Below, in pieces: positions 32,219-41,337 of a stretch of DNA of 64,000 bases. Source of the stretch: Candidatus Binatia bacterium (GTDB lineage Bacteria; Eisenbacteria; RBG-16-71-46; SZUA-252); assembly GCA_035631035.1 (NCBI GenBank), contig DASQJL010000113.1, forward strand, positions 131,703 through 195,702, in the 5' to 3' direction. A model generated the notes under the pieces. That model was given only the letters and a program-made list of their open reading frames with translations, searched no databases and was not told the origin of the DNA. How positions within the stretch are numbered: the first letter of the stretch is position 1; the number at the start of each line of letters is the position of its first letter. The position numbers and the translations under genes are program-made.

Positions 32219-35200
32219 TCAGTAGCCGCCGCCGGTGAGAACGTTCTGCCCTCCGAACCCGCGGAGGCCGCGGCTTCCCTGCTCGTAGTAGACCTCCGGC
32301 AGCAGCTTCACGTTGATCTTGAAGTAGTACTCCTTGTTGTCGCCGGAGATGCTCCGCGTGAACTGCGCCTCCCAGCAGTGGAGCTCGCGCGTCACGGTGA
32401 AGCCCTGGGCGACCAGGTTCCGATGGGTGGCGTTGTACTGCGCGTGGTAGTCGAGGCGCCATCCGCGCGAGACGTTGAGCCCGAGCGTGCTGTTCACGGT
32501 CGACTCCGACACCCACTTGCCGGCCGGATCGCGGTTTCCGCTCAGGTTGACGGCGAAGCCGACCCGCCACGGCAGGCTGGTGGAGGTCAGCCCCTCGTTG
32601 ACCAGGTAGTTCTGGCTGGTGCGCACGGCCGCCTCGCCCGGCTCGTCCGACATCGCCTGGATCGAGTCCTCCGCCGCGCGGGAGGTGCCCTGGAGCTGGA
32701 ACCCGGTCGACGCGGTCATTCCCTTGAGATTCAACGTGTACGGATCGTGGGTGAAGGAAAAGGAGAAATCGCTTCGCTCGATCGGCCGGAACACGAGCGA
32801 GGTCTGGATGTCCGAGAGCGGGCGCCGGCCCTGCCGTTTCGCGAGGAGGTCGTAGCTCGCCGTCGTGTTCGCGGAGATCAGGCTGTTGATGATCTTGGGC
32901 CGGTCGGCGCTGCCCACCTTGACGTGGATGTCGTTCCGGAGCGAGAAGGTCAGATTCTGCTGCTCGAACGACGAGAGCCCAATCCCTCCGACGCCGGAGA
33001 ACCGCGGCCTCAGGACTCCGGACGTATCGGTGAAGCTCAGCCCCTGGATCCGCGGCTGGTAGAAAAGGGTCACCGCCGGCGTGAGGACGTGCCGCAGCGC
33101 CCGGAGCGGCCCGATCGGATGCGTCATGGTGCCGAAGATCTGCGTGTTCGCACCGACCGACGCGTTCCAGGCCCCGCCGACGCGATTCCGGTCTCCCGCC
33201 TGGTCCTTGGAGTAGTACACCCCCTGGACGCCGAGGCGGGGCTGCAGCGCGAGCGGTCCCAGGTGGCGGGTGTCGCTCAGGCTGGCGGAATGGAGCATGG
33301 CGGTTCGGGCGTCCACGATCGAGTCGCGCAGGTCGGTCTGGTGCAGGAGGTCGGAGTACCGGTTCGCGATCACGTTGCGCTGGCTCAGGAGCCTCATGTC
33401 GTAGCTGTACACCGTCGTCGCCAGCCAGGGCAGGCGCGCGGGAATGCCGGAGCGGGCCAGCCAGCCGATCGGACGGGGCTGAAGGCTGAAGGTCGCGGTC
33501 GGCAGCTGCTGCTGGATGCGGGCGGCGCCGGGGTCGGGCGAGAGATCCTGGATGCGGGAGAGGCCGGCGGTCAGGCTGGCCCGGCTCCAACCCTTGGAGT
33601 AGCCGACGCTCGATCGGAGGACCCGATTGACCCGGTTCGCCAGGCTCTGCCCCACGGTGGGATCCCGGAGATACGCCGCGGAATTCGTGAGATTGAAGTC
33701 GGCGGTCAGCTGCGAGTTCGACCCCATCGGCTGGTAGTGCGTGCCCTCGAGATGCCAGTTCCGGGTCGGAGGGGCGGCGCCGAAGACATCCTGGAACGAG
33801 CCGGTGACCTGCCCGTGGTACGAGTAGCGCTTGGCATAGCGCAGGAGCCCGTGGGCGATCCAGTTGTTGTCCTGGAAGTAGTCGGCCGCACCCGTGAGGT
33901 CCAGGTAGTCGCTGACGGCCCAGTAGTAGCCCACGTTGCGCACGAACTTGCCGGCGGCCGAGCTCGAGCCGAACTCGAACTGGGGGAGCATGAACCCCGA
34001 GTGGCGGCCGCTGTTGATCGGGAAGATGTAGAAGGGGATCGCGAGGACCGGCACGTGCTTGATGTAGAAGACGACCGGCTTCGCGATGACCTTGTCGCGG
34101 AGGAGAATCCGCATCTTCCCGGCACCGAAGTGGTAGTGCGGGTCGGGCAGGTCGCAGGTGGTGTAGGTCCCCGATTTGATGTCCAGGATGTCCTCGGAAA
34201 CCCGGAGCACCCGGTCGCCGGTCACGTACCCCTGCTCGTACTTCGTCCGCCCGGCCAGCACGGCGCCGCGCCGAATTGCCAGGTCGTACGTCATCGTCTG
34301 CCCCACGATCCGGTCGGAGCCGTCCTGGAGCACCGGGTTCCCCTCGGCCCGCATTTTCTGGGTGTCCGCGTCGAAGTGGACCTGCTTCGCCTTGAGATTC
34401 ATCTCGCGGTAGACCACGGCGGCTCCCCCCTGCACGTCCACCGTGTTCCGCTTCAGGTCGTAGGCGATCTGGTCGCCGCTATAGAGGATGCGCTCCCGCT
34501 TCTCGGCCCCGGTCGTGTCCCCCTCGGCGGCCATGTAGTAGGTCCCCGACCCGTTCCCCTGGACCGTCGCGTGGCGGGGCTTTCCCTGGTCGAAGTCCAC
34601 GACGATCGTGTCCCCGTTCGAGGCGTTCCGTCCCCCCTTGGCGCTGTCGGCAGCGGAGGGCCAGTAGAACGAGCTGGCGCGACCCACGATGACCGCGCGA
34701 CGCGCGGCCTCGTTCTCGAGGTAGAGCGTGATCGTGTCCCCGCTCGCGGTGGTCCGCTCGGAGCGGCCCGCGACCGAGTCGGCCTTCGCCTCGTAGGCGA
34801 CCTTCGCGTTGGGGCGCGCCTGGATCGAGGAGACCTTGTGCTCCACGAAGCGGATCTCCAGCGTGTCGCCGCTCGCCGAGCCCTCGGCGTCCCAGGCCTT
34901 CGGCGATTCGACGAGCAGGGCCCGGTTCTCCTTCCGGAAGAAGGCGGCGCGCCCGCCCGTGGCGCGCAGGCTGTCCCGCGCCACCTGGACCTTTCCCTGC
35001 GCGAACACGCGGTCGTTCACGCGGTCGAACTCGAGGGAGTCGGCGAGGATCTTCGTCACCGTTCCGTTCGACTCGGTCAATTCCAGCCGCGGCGTCTGAT
35101 CGGCCCACGCGTAGTCGGCGCGCCGGTCGTACCGGACCCGGCCCGCGACGACGCGCGTGCTCTCGGCCGTGTCCACGGCATCCACGCGTCCCAGCGCGAG

Positions 35201-35740
35201 CACGACGTCGGTGTTCCGGTCGTACTCGATCCGATCGGCGTCCAGGGTGCGGGTGGAATCCACCATGTGGGGACGCCCCGTGATCACCGAGAGGTTCCTG
35301 TCGCGGTAGAGCCAGGCCTCGCTGCCCGAGATGCGGGTCCCCCGCTCCTGGATCCGCACGTTCCCGCGCAGGGTGGCGAGCCGCTGCTTCCGGTCGTAGG
35401 TGGCCTCGTCGCCCCACATCGTGGTAGTGCCGTCCACGATCTTCACGTTGCCCCGGAAGATCACGTACTCCCGCGTCCGGTAGACGAGCGCGGAGTCGCC
35501 GGTGACGGTGGTCGTGCCATGGATCAGCGTGGGATGGATCGCCGTGTAGACGTTCTCGGCCCCGGTGAGGGAGCCCTCGAGGCGGTCGGCCTGCAGCCGG
35601 TAGGTCTCCGCCGGCTGCGCGCGCGCCGCCGACGGGGGCACCAGTACCAGAAGGAACGAGACGATCGCGGTCGCCAGGCTCCACGCGCCCGTCAGGGTTG
35701 CGCGCCCGGCCGCGCTGCGCGCGTCCGGTTCATATCGCAC
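32219..35740 (-). CDS. LptD/OstA-like giant outer-membrane protein (tandem OstA-N/LptA-like repeats + C-terminal beta-barrel), 1173 aa
   Basis: A signal peptide, then repeated beta-jellyroll motifs (GNVxI...GDxLxY, ...RGNVRIQERGTRISGSEA...), a long C-terminal region rich in Y/G/S/N, and a terminal aromatic stretch (GGGY). Confidence 0.55.
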   Translation of the reverse strand: MRYEPDARSAAGRATLTGAWSLATAIVSFLLVLVPPSAARAQPAETYRLQADRLEGSLTGAENVYTAIHPTLIHGTTTVTGDSALVYRTREYVIFRGNVKIVDGTTTMWGDEATYDRKQRLATLRGNVRIQERGTRISGSEAWLYRDRNLSVITGRPHMVDSTRTLDADRIEYDRNTDVVLALGRVDAVDTAESTRVVAGRVRYDRRADYAWADQTPRLELTESNGTVTKILADSLEFDRVNDRVFAQGKVQVARDSLRATGGRAAFFRKENRALLVESPKAWDAEGSASGDTLEIRFVEHKVSSIQARPNAKVAYEAKADSVAGRSERTTASGDTITLYLENEAARRAVIVGRASSFYWPSAADSAKGGRNASNGDTIVVDFDQGKPRHATVQGNGSGTYYMAAEGDTTGAEKRERILYSGDQIAYDLKRNTVDVQGGAAVVYREMNLKAKQVHFDADTQKMRAEGNPVLQDGSDRIVGQTMTYDLAIRRGAVLAGRTKYEQGYVTGDRVLRVSEDILDIKSGTYTTCDLPDPHYHFGAGKMRILLRDKVIAKPVVFYIKHVPVLAIPFYIFPINSGRHSGFMLPQFEFGSSSAAGKFVRNVGYYWAVSDYLDLTGAADYFQDNNWIAHGLLRYAKRYSYHGQVTGSFQDVFGAAPPTRNWHLEGTHYQPMGSNSQLTADFNLTNSAAYLRDPTVGQSLANRVNRVLRSSVGYSKGWSRASLTAGLSRIQDLSPDPGAARIQQQLPTATFSLQPRPIGWLARSGIPARLPWLATTVYSYDMRLLSQRNVIANRYSDLLHQTDLRDSIVDARTAMLHSASLSDTRHLGPLALQPRLGVQGVYYSKDQAGDRNRVGGAWNASVGANTQIFGTMTHPIGPLRALRHVLTPAVTLFYQPRIQGLSFTDTSGVLRPRFSGVGGIGLSSFEQQNLTFSLRNDIHVKVGSADRPKIINSLISANTTASYDLLAKRQGRRPLSDIQTSLVFRPIERSDFSFSFTHDPYTLNLKGMTASTGFQLQGTSRAAEDSIQAMSDEPGEAAVRTSQNYLVNEGLTSTSLPWRVGFAVNLSGNRDPAGKWVSESTVNSTLGLNVSRGWRLDYHAQYNATHRNLVAQGFTVTRELHCWEAQFTRSISGDNKEYYFKINVKLLPEVYYEQGSRGLRGFGGQNVLTGGGY

Positions 35741-37040
35741 GCGGCACCTCGCGCCCCAGGGCCGCCATCGCCTCCGGCATGAGATAGAAGGAGCCGGTGA
35801 CCACGACGACGCCTCCCGCGGCGCGCGCCCAGTCGACGGCGCCCCGCACGGCGGCGGCGGGATCGGTCTCCACTTCGCAGCTCAGGTGGCCGGCCGGGAC
35901 GACGCGGGCGAGCGTCGCCGCCGGCGTCGCGCGCTCGCCGCCGAACTCGGTCAGCGTGAACCGGCTCGCGATGCGAGCGAGGGTGGCCAGGATCGCCTCG
36001 TGCGCCTTGTCGCGCGAGAAGGCGGCGACCACCGCGACGCTCCGTCCCGGAAAGAGCGCCGCGACCGTCTCGACCAGGGCGCGCGCCCCCTCGGCGTTGT
36101 GGGCCACGTCCGCGAGCACGGGAGGGTCCTCGCCCAGGACCTCGGCCCGGATGGGCCAGCGCGTCGCGGCGAGCCCCTCGAGGATCGATCGGGCGATGAC
36201 CGGAGCGGGGCGGCCCTCCAGCGCCACCTCGGCGGCGAGCGCGGCGAGGGCCGCGTTCCGCGCCTGATGAAACCCCAGGAGCGGCGTGCGGGCCGTGCCC
36301 GCGAAGGAGGGCGTCCTGATCCACACGTCGGTCCCGGCGCGCGTGAGCCCGCGCGCCGCGTAGCGCCCGTCGCGCCCCATCAACAGGACGCGCGCTCCCT
36401 GCCGCACGGCGGCCTCGAGGATCTCCGAGCGCGGCTCGGCGCGGCGGACCCCCAGCACCAGCGTGCCGCCGGGCTTGATGATCCCCGCCTTCTCCGCCGC
36501 GATCCGCCGGAGCGTGGGTCCCAGGATCTCGGCGTGATCGGTCGAGATGGTGGTGATGACGGAGGCCCTGGGGACGAGGACGTTGGTCGCGTCCAGGCGC
36601 CCTCCCAGACCGACCTCGACCACCGCCATGTCCACCGCTTCGCGCGCGAAGTGGTCGAAGGCGAGCGCCGTCGCCGCTTCGAAGAAGGAGGGGCGCTCCT
36701 CCTCGAAGTGCGGCCACCAGCGCTCCAGCGCCTCCTCGAGCGCCGCGTCGCCGATCTCCGCGCCGTCCACGCGAATCCGCTCGTGGAACCGCACCAGGTG
36801 GGGCGAGGTGTAGAGGCCGGTCTTCAATCCCGCGGCGCGGAGGATCGAGGCGAGATGCGCCGCGGTCGAACCCTTGCCGTTGGTGCCCGCGATCAGCACG
36901 GAGGGGAACGCGCGATCGGGCCGGCCGCCGCGCTCCAGCAGCCGCTCGATGCCGAGGAGGCCGAGCCGCATGCCGCTGCGCTCGAACCGATAGAGCTCGT
37001 CGAGGCGCCGCGTGAGCGGAGCGCCCACGGTGCGGGTCAT
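35730..37040 (-). CDS. folC: folylpolyglutamate synthase / dihydrofolate synthase
   Basis: Start at internal M336 (MTRTVGAPLTRRLDELYRF), which overlaps the accD stop (ATGA). P-loop GTNGKGS and Mur-ligase family motifs. Confidence 0.8.
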   Translation of the reverse strand: MTRTVGAPLTRRLDELYRFERSGMRLGLLGIERLLERGGRPDRAFPSVLIAGTNGKGSTAAHLASILRAAGLKTGLYTSPHLVRFHERIRVDGAEIGDAALEEALERWWPHFEEERPSFFEAATALAFDHFAREAVDMAVVEVGLGGRLDATNVLVPRASVITTISTDHAEILGPTLRRIAAEKAGIIKPGGTLVLGVRRAEPRSEILEAAVRQGARVLLMGRDGRYAARGLTRAGTDVWIRTPSFAGTARTPLLGFHQARNAALAALAAEVALEGRPAPVIARSILEGLAATRWPIRAEVLGEDPPVLADVAHNAEGARALVETVAALFPGRSVAVVAAFSRDKAHEAILATLARIASRFTLTEFGGERATPAATLARVVPAGHLSCEVETDPAAAVRGAVDWARAAGGVVVVTGSFYLMPEAMAALGREVPRAI

Positions 37041-38125
37041 TCCTGGGAGGCGGTCTCGGTCGGGGTCGGCTCGGGGGTGGATACGGGAGCGGGGGGGCGC
37101 TCGGCTGCGTTCGGATTGGCGCTCGGGTTCGCGGGGACGCCGTGCGCGGGAGACGGCGCGCCGGCGGGATGGCCGTTGTCGCTGGGCGAGAGTCCGACCG
37201 GCTCGGCCGCCGCCACCGACGCCGCCCGGAAGCGGGCCAGCGACTCGCCGGCGCGCCGCCTCGGCTTCTGCGGCAGCACCGAGGTCGCGGCGAAGAAGCG
37301 GAGCAGGTAGCCCAGCGTCTTCTTCAGCTCCTGCCGGTGCACGATCTGGTCGACCATCCCCTTCTTCATCAGGAACTCCGAGCGCTGGAAACCCTCCGGA
37401 AGCTCCTGGTTGATCGTCTGCTTGATCACGCGCGGGCCGGCGAAGCCGATCAGCGCCCTCGGCTCGGCCAGGATCACGTCCCCCACCGACGCGAAGGAGG
37501 CGGTGACGCCTCCCGTGGTGGGATGGGTCATGACCGAGACGTAGGGGATCCGCGCGTCGGAAAGCCTCGCCAGGAGCGCGTTCGTCTTCGCCATCTGCAT
37601 GAGGGAGAGGATCCCCTCGAACATCCGCGCGCCGCCCGAGGCGGAGAGGATGATGAGCGGCCGCCGCGTCTCGATCGCGAGCAGGATGCTGCGGGCGATC
37701 CGCTCCCCCGCCGCCGACGCCAGGCTCCCGCCCAGGAAGGCGAAGTCCATGATCGCGACGACGCACGCGTGGGACTCGATCGTTCCGTCGCCGCAGAGCA
37801 CCGCCTCGGTGAGGCCGGTCTCCTCCCGCGCCTTCTTCAGACGGTCGACGTAGCGCTTGGAGTCCTTGAACCGGAGGGGATCGGTGGAGACGACTTCGGA
37901 GAAGCGCTCCTGGAAGGAGCCCTCGTCGAGGAGGATCTTGGCGTAGGCGCGGGCGGAGATGCGGAAGTGGTACCCGCACTTCCCGCACGTCCAGAGGTTC
38001 CGCTCGAGCTCCTTGTGGTACAGGATCTCGCCGCATTCCTCGCACTTGACCCAGAGCCCGTCGGGCAGGTCCCGCCGCCGTTCTCTAGCTTTGAGCCCTT
38101 CCTTGGCCTTGCGAAGCCACGTCAT
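37037..38125 (-). CDS. accD: acetyl-CoA carboxylase carboxyltransferase beta subunit, with an about 80-aa Pro/Ala-rich C-terminal extension
   Basis: Zn-ribbon CEECGEILYHKELERNLWTCGKCGYH, then the carboxyltransferase core. Confidence 0.85.
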   Translation of the reverse strand: MTWLRKAKEGLKARERRRDLPDGLWVKCEECGEILYHKELERNLWTCGKCGYHFRISARAYAKILLDEGSFQERFSEVVSTDPLRFKDSKRYVDRLKKAREETGLTEAVLCGDGTIESHACVVAIMDFAFLGGSLASAAGERIARSILLAIETRRPLIILSASGGARMFEGILSLMQMAKTNALLARLSDARIPYVSVMTHPTTGGVTASFASVGDVILAEPRALIGFAGPRVIKQTINQELPEGFQRSEFLMKKGMVDQIVHRQELKKTLGYLLRFFAATSVLPQKPRRRAGESLARFRAASVAAAEPVGLSPSDNGHPAGAPSPAHGVPANPSANPNAAERPPAPVSTPEPTPTETASQE

Positions 38126-38607
38126 GCGCTGGGTCCCTCCGGGAGGGTTCGGAGCATGACAATAGCATCCTCGCTGGGGTTGCGGTAATAGTTCTTGCGG
38201 ATGGCAATATCGATGAAGTCGTTCTTGTAATAGAACTTACGGGCATTTTCGTTGGACTCCCGGACCTCCAGGGTGACCCTCCTGGCCCCCCGGCTCCGGG
38301 CCGCTTCCACCAGGTCGTCCAGGAGGAGCTGGGCCACCCCCTGCCGCCGCTCGGAGGGGTCCACGGCCAGGTTTCCGACGTGCGCCTCGTCGGCGACCAG
38401 CACGGCGCACAGGTAGCCGACCAGCGCTCCGTCCCGCTCGGCAAGCCGCGCGTAGGTCCCCCCGCCGATCATCAATTCGGACCGGAACATCTCGCGCGAC
38501 CAGGGATCGGTGAAGGAGGCCCGCTCGATCGCGAGGACCTCGTCCAGGCGCGCGACGGTGAGCGGCCGGACCCGCACCGGCTCCCCGCGTCGGGCGAGCG
38601 CGGTCAT
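38122..38607 (-). CDS. rimI: ribosomal-protein-alanine N-acetyltransferase (GNAT)
   Basis: Start at the internal ATG overlapping the tsaB stop (ATGA). GNAT motifs (RRQGVAQLLL) in a tsaE-tsaB-rimI arrangement. Confidence 0.75.
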   Translation of the reverse strand: MTALARRGEPVRVRPLTVARLDEVLAIERASFTDPWSREMFRSELMIGGGTYARLAERDGALVGYLCAVLVADEAHVGNLAVDPSERRQGVAQLLLDDLVEAARSRGARRVTLEVRESNENARKFYYKNDFIDIAIRKNYYRNPSEDAIVMLRTLPEGPSA

Positions 38608-39290
38608 CGCGCCCCCGGCTTCCGCGCGTTCGGCGCGCGGCCGTAGAGCGGCGCGGCCTCGAGCAGATCGGCCCCGGCGCCCGCGGCGAGCGCGACCGCT
38701 CCCAGCTTGGCCACGGCGGGGCCGAGCGGCACCGCCGGCAGCGTCGTTCCCCCCAGATCGAGCACCCATTCCTCCAGCGCTTCCGTGGCCGCGGCGACGG
38801 GAACATCGGCTCCCGCGCGCTCGCGCAGCCGGTCCAGCACGTCCTCTTCGGGAACGACCTCCGGCCCCCACAGGAGCCGCGCCCGGTCGTCCCCCTCCTC
38901 GACACAGCCGTCCCAGAGCGCCGCCATCACGTGGCCGCGCTCCCCCTGGGTCAGGGTCGCGAATCGGGGCGCGCTCCTCCGATGAGCGTGCGCCGCCGCA
39001 TCGTGGGACGGGATCATGAAGAGCGGAATCCCGGCGCCCAGCGAAGCGCCCTTCGCCCACGCGAGCCCGATGCGAAGCCCCGTGAAGGAGCCGGGCCCCG
39101 CGGAGACCGCGATGCCCGCCAGGTCCGCCACGCGGAGTCCGCCGCCCGCGAGGAGCCGCTCGATCGCGGGCGCGAGCCCGCTCGAGTGCCCGCCCTCGGG
39201 AAGCCGGACCGGCTCGCTCCCTTCGCCGTCCCGCGCGAGGGCGATCGAGCCGCGTGGCCCCGCCGTGTCAATTCCCAGGATAAAGCGCAT
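38604..39290 (-). CDS. tsaB: tRNA threonylcarbamoyladenosine biosynthesis protein TsaB (YeaZ)
   Basis: MRFILGIDTAGPRGSIALARDGE...GPGSFTGLRIGLAWAKG. Confidence 0.8.
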   Translation of the reverse strand: MRFILGIDTAGPRGSIALARDGEGSEPVRLPEGGHSSGLAPAIERLLAGGGLRVADLAGIAVSAGPGSFTGLRIGLAWAKGASLGAGIPLFMIPSHDAAAHAHRRSAPRFATLTQGERGHVMAALWDGCVEEGDDRARLLWGPEVVPEEDVLDRLRERAGADVPVAAATEALEEWVLDLGGTTLPAVPLGPAVAKLGAVALAAGAGADLLEAAPLYGRAPNARKPGAR

Positions 39291-39771
39291 GGCTCCATCG
39301 GTCGCGGTCCAGTTGTCCCTCGCGCGCCGTCTCTTCCCACCGGCTTCCCCGCGGACGGATCCGGAGCTCCCGCCCGCCCTCGGGGACGTAGCGAAGCTCC
39401 AGCTCCAGGCGATCCTCCGGCAGGCGGTCCTCCGCGCGGTCGGCCCACTCCACCAGCACCACCGCGTCGCCCTCGGCGAGGTCGGCCAGGCCCAGCGTCT
39501 CGATCTCGGCCGCCGCCGCCATCCGGTAGAGGTCGGCGTGCACGATGCGGGGCCCCTCGCCGTAGACCTCGACCAGCACGTACGTCGGGCTCCGCGAGCG
39601 CATGCCCGGATGGACGCCCTCGACGATGCCCTGTACCAGCGTCGTTTTGCCCGCGCCGAGCGCGCCGGTCAGCGCGATCCAGTCGCCGCGGCGGAGCAGC
39701 GTGCCCAGATGGCGCCCGAACGCGCGAGTCTCGGACTCGGTGTGGAGCAGGGATCGGATCTCGACCGGCAT
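39268..39771 (-). CDS. tsaE: tRNA t6A biosynthesis ATPase TsaE (YjeE)
   Basis: P-loop GALGAGKTTLVQG and a YjeE-family core; overlaps tsaB by 23 nt. Confidence 0.8.
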   Translation of the reverse strand: MPVEIRSLLHTESETRAFGRHLGTLLRRGDWIALTGALGAGKTTLVQGIVEGVHPGMRSRSPTYVLVEVYGEGPRIVHADLYRMAAAAEIETLGLADLAEGDAVVLVEWADRAEDRLPEDRLELELRYVPEGGRELRIRPRGSRWEETAREGQLDRDRWSHALYPGN

Positions 39772-39777
39772 CGGGGG

Positions 39778-41337
39778 CTACCCGCGCGGGGTCATCACCG
39801 CGACGGGCAGGATCATCTCCTCGAGCGAGATCCCCCCGTGCTGGAAGGAACCCCGGTACTTGTTCTCGTATTCGTGGAATCGCGTCGGATAGACGAAATA
39901 GAAATCCTCCTTCGCGATGATGTAGCTCTTGTGCGCCCCGTCGGCGGGAAGGCGGAAGCGCGCCGGGTCCTTCACGTGGACCGCCTGCCGCGCCTCGCAC
40001 GAGAGATTCGTCCCGAACTTGAACCGGAGGTTCGTCGAGGTCTCCCGGTTGCCGTAGACCAGCGCCGACCGCCGGCTCAGCACCGCGCCATGGTCGGTCG
40101 TCACGACCACCAGGCCGTCCTGCTTGGCCAGCCACTTCAACGCGTCGAAGAGCGCCGAGTGGAGGAACCACGAGCGCATCACCGAGCGGAAGGCCGACTC
40201 GTCGGGAGCCAGCTCCTTGAGCAGATCCGACTCCGACCGCCCGTGGGCCAGCATGTCGAGGAAGTTGAACACGATGGCGACCAGCGGCGAGTCGCGCAGC
40301 GTCGCGATGTTCCGCCGCACGTTGTTCGCCTCGTCCGCGTTGTAGACCTTGATGTACTTGGCCGGTTTCGTCTTCAGGTCGAGCCGGGCGAGCTGGGCCT
40401 CGAGGAGCTGGCGCTCATAGCGGTTCTTGCTCCGCTCGTCGCCCGACCCCTCCTGCCAGAATTCGGGGTGCGTCTTCCGGATCTCTTCGGGGAAGAGGCC
40501 CGAGAAGATCGCGTTCCGCGAGTAGGGGGTGGCGGTGGGCAGGATCGAGACGTGATGATCGAGCGCGATGTCGAAGAAGGGGCGAAGCAGCGGCTCCACC
40601 GTGAGCCACTGGTCGAGGCGCATGCAGTCGATCACGATCAGGGTGACGCGGCGCCCCTGGCGCATCGCGGGGGCCACCCAGCGCGACACGACGTCGGTGG
40701 AGAGCGCCGGCGCATCCTCGCCGCGCGCCCATCGCTCGTACGATCCTTCGACGAGCTGGGAGAATTCGACGTTCAGCTCGCGGCGCTGGTCGGCCTGGGC
40801 CTGCTTCAAGCCCTCGTCGTCCACCCCGTCCAGCTCCACGTCCCATTGCGCGTTCCGCGCGTAGAGGTCGACCCACCCGCGCCAGCTGAGACCGCCCGCC
40901 GACTCCGCGCGAAGGCGCGCCAGCTCGGCCACGTAGTCGCGCGCGCGGCGCGAGTCCTGAAGCCGGTCCGACTCGAGAATGCGCTTCAGCGCGAGGAAGA
41001 TCTGCGTGGGGCGGATCGGCTTGAGCAGGAAGTCGTCGATCCGGCGGCCGATCGCCTCGTCCATCAGGGACTCCGCCTCGTTCTTCGTGACGAGAACGAC
41101 GGGGAGCGACGGATGCTGCTCCTTGATCGCCTCGAGTGTTTCGAGTCCGCCCAGCCCTGGCATGTTCTCGTCGAGGAGGACGGCGTCGAAGCGCTCCCGC
41201 GCGGTGCAGGCCACGGCGTCGGCGCCGTTGGTGACGGGCGTGACCTTGTACCCCTTCTCCTCGAGCAGCAGGATGTGGGGCTTCAGCAGGTCGATCTCAT
41301 CATCGGCCCACAGGATCTTCTTTTCGGACGAGCTCAT
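39778..41337 (-). CDS. response regulator with a CheY-like receiver domain fused to a PglZ (alkaline-phosphatase superfamily) domain (PorX-like)
   Basis: Start at the internal ATG overlapping the kinase stop (ATGA). Receiver ILWADDEIDLL...AVLLDENMPGLGG...LKP. PglZ region with VVVTTDHGAV (T-DHG motif). Confidence 0.7.
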   Translation of the reverse strand: MSSSEKKILWADDEIDLLKPHILLLEEKGYKVTPVTNGADAVACTARERFDAVLLDENMPGLGGLETLEAIKEQHPSLPVVLVTKNEAESLMDEAIGRRIDDFLLKPIRPTQIFLALKRILESDRLQDSRRARDYVAELARLRAESAGGLSWRGWVDLYARNAQWDVELDGVDDEGLKQAQADQRRELNVEFSQLVEGSYERWARGEDAPALSTDVVSRWVAPAMRQGRRVTLIVIDCMRLDQWLTVEPLLRPFFDIALDHHVSILPTATPYSRNAIFSGLFPEEIRKTHPEFWQEGSGDERSKNRYERQLLEAQLARLDLKTKPAKYIKVYNADEANNVRRNIATLRDSPLVAIVFNFLDMLAHGRSESDLLKELAPDESAFRSVMRSWFLHSALFDALKWLAKQDGLVVVTTDHGAVLSRRSALVYGNRETSTNLRFKFGTNLSCEARQAVHVKDPARFRLPADGAHKSYIIAKEDFYFVYPTRFHEYENKYRGSFQHGGISLEEMILPVAVMTPRG

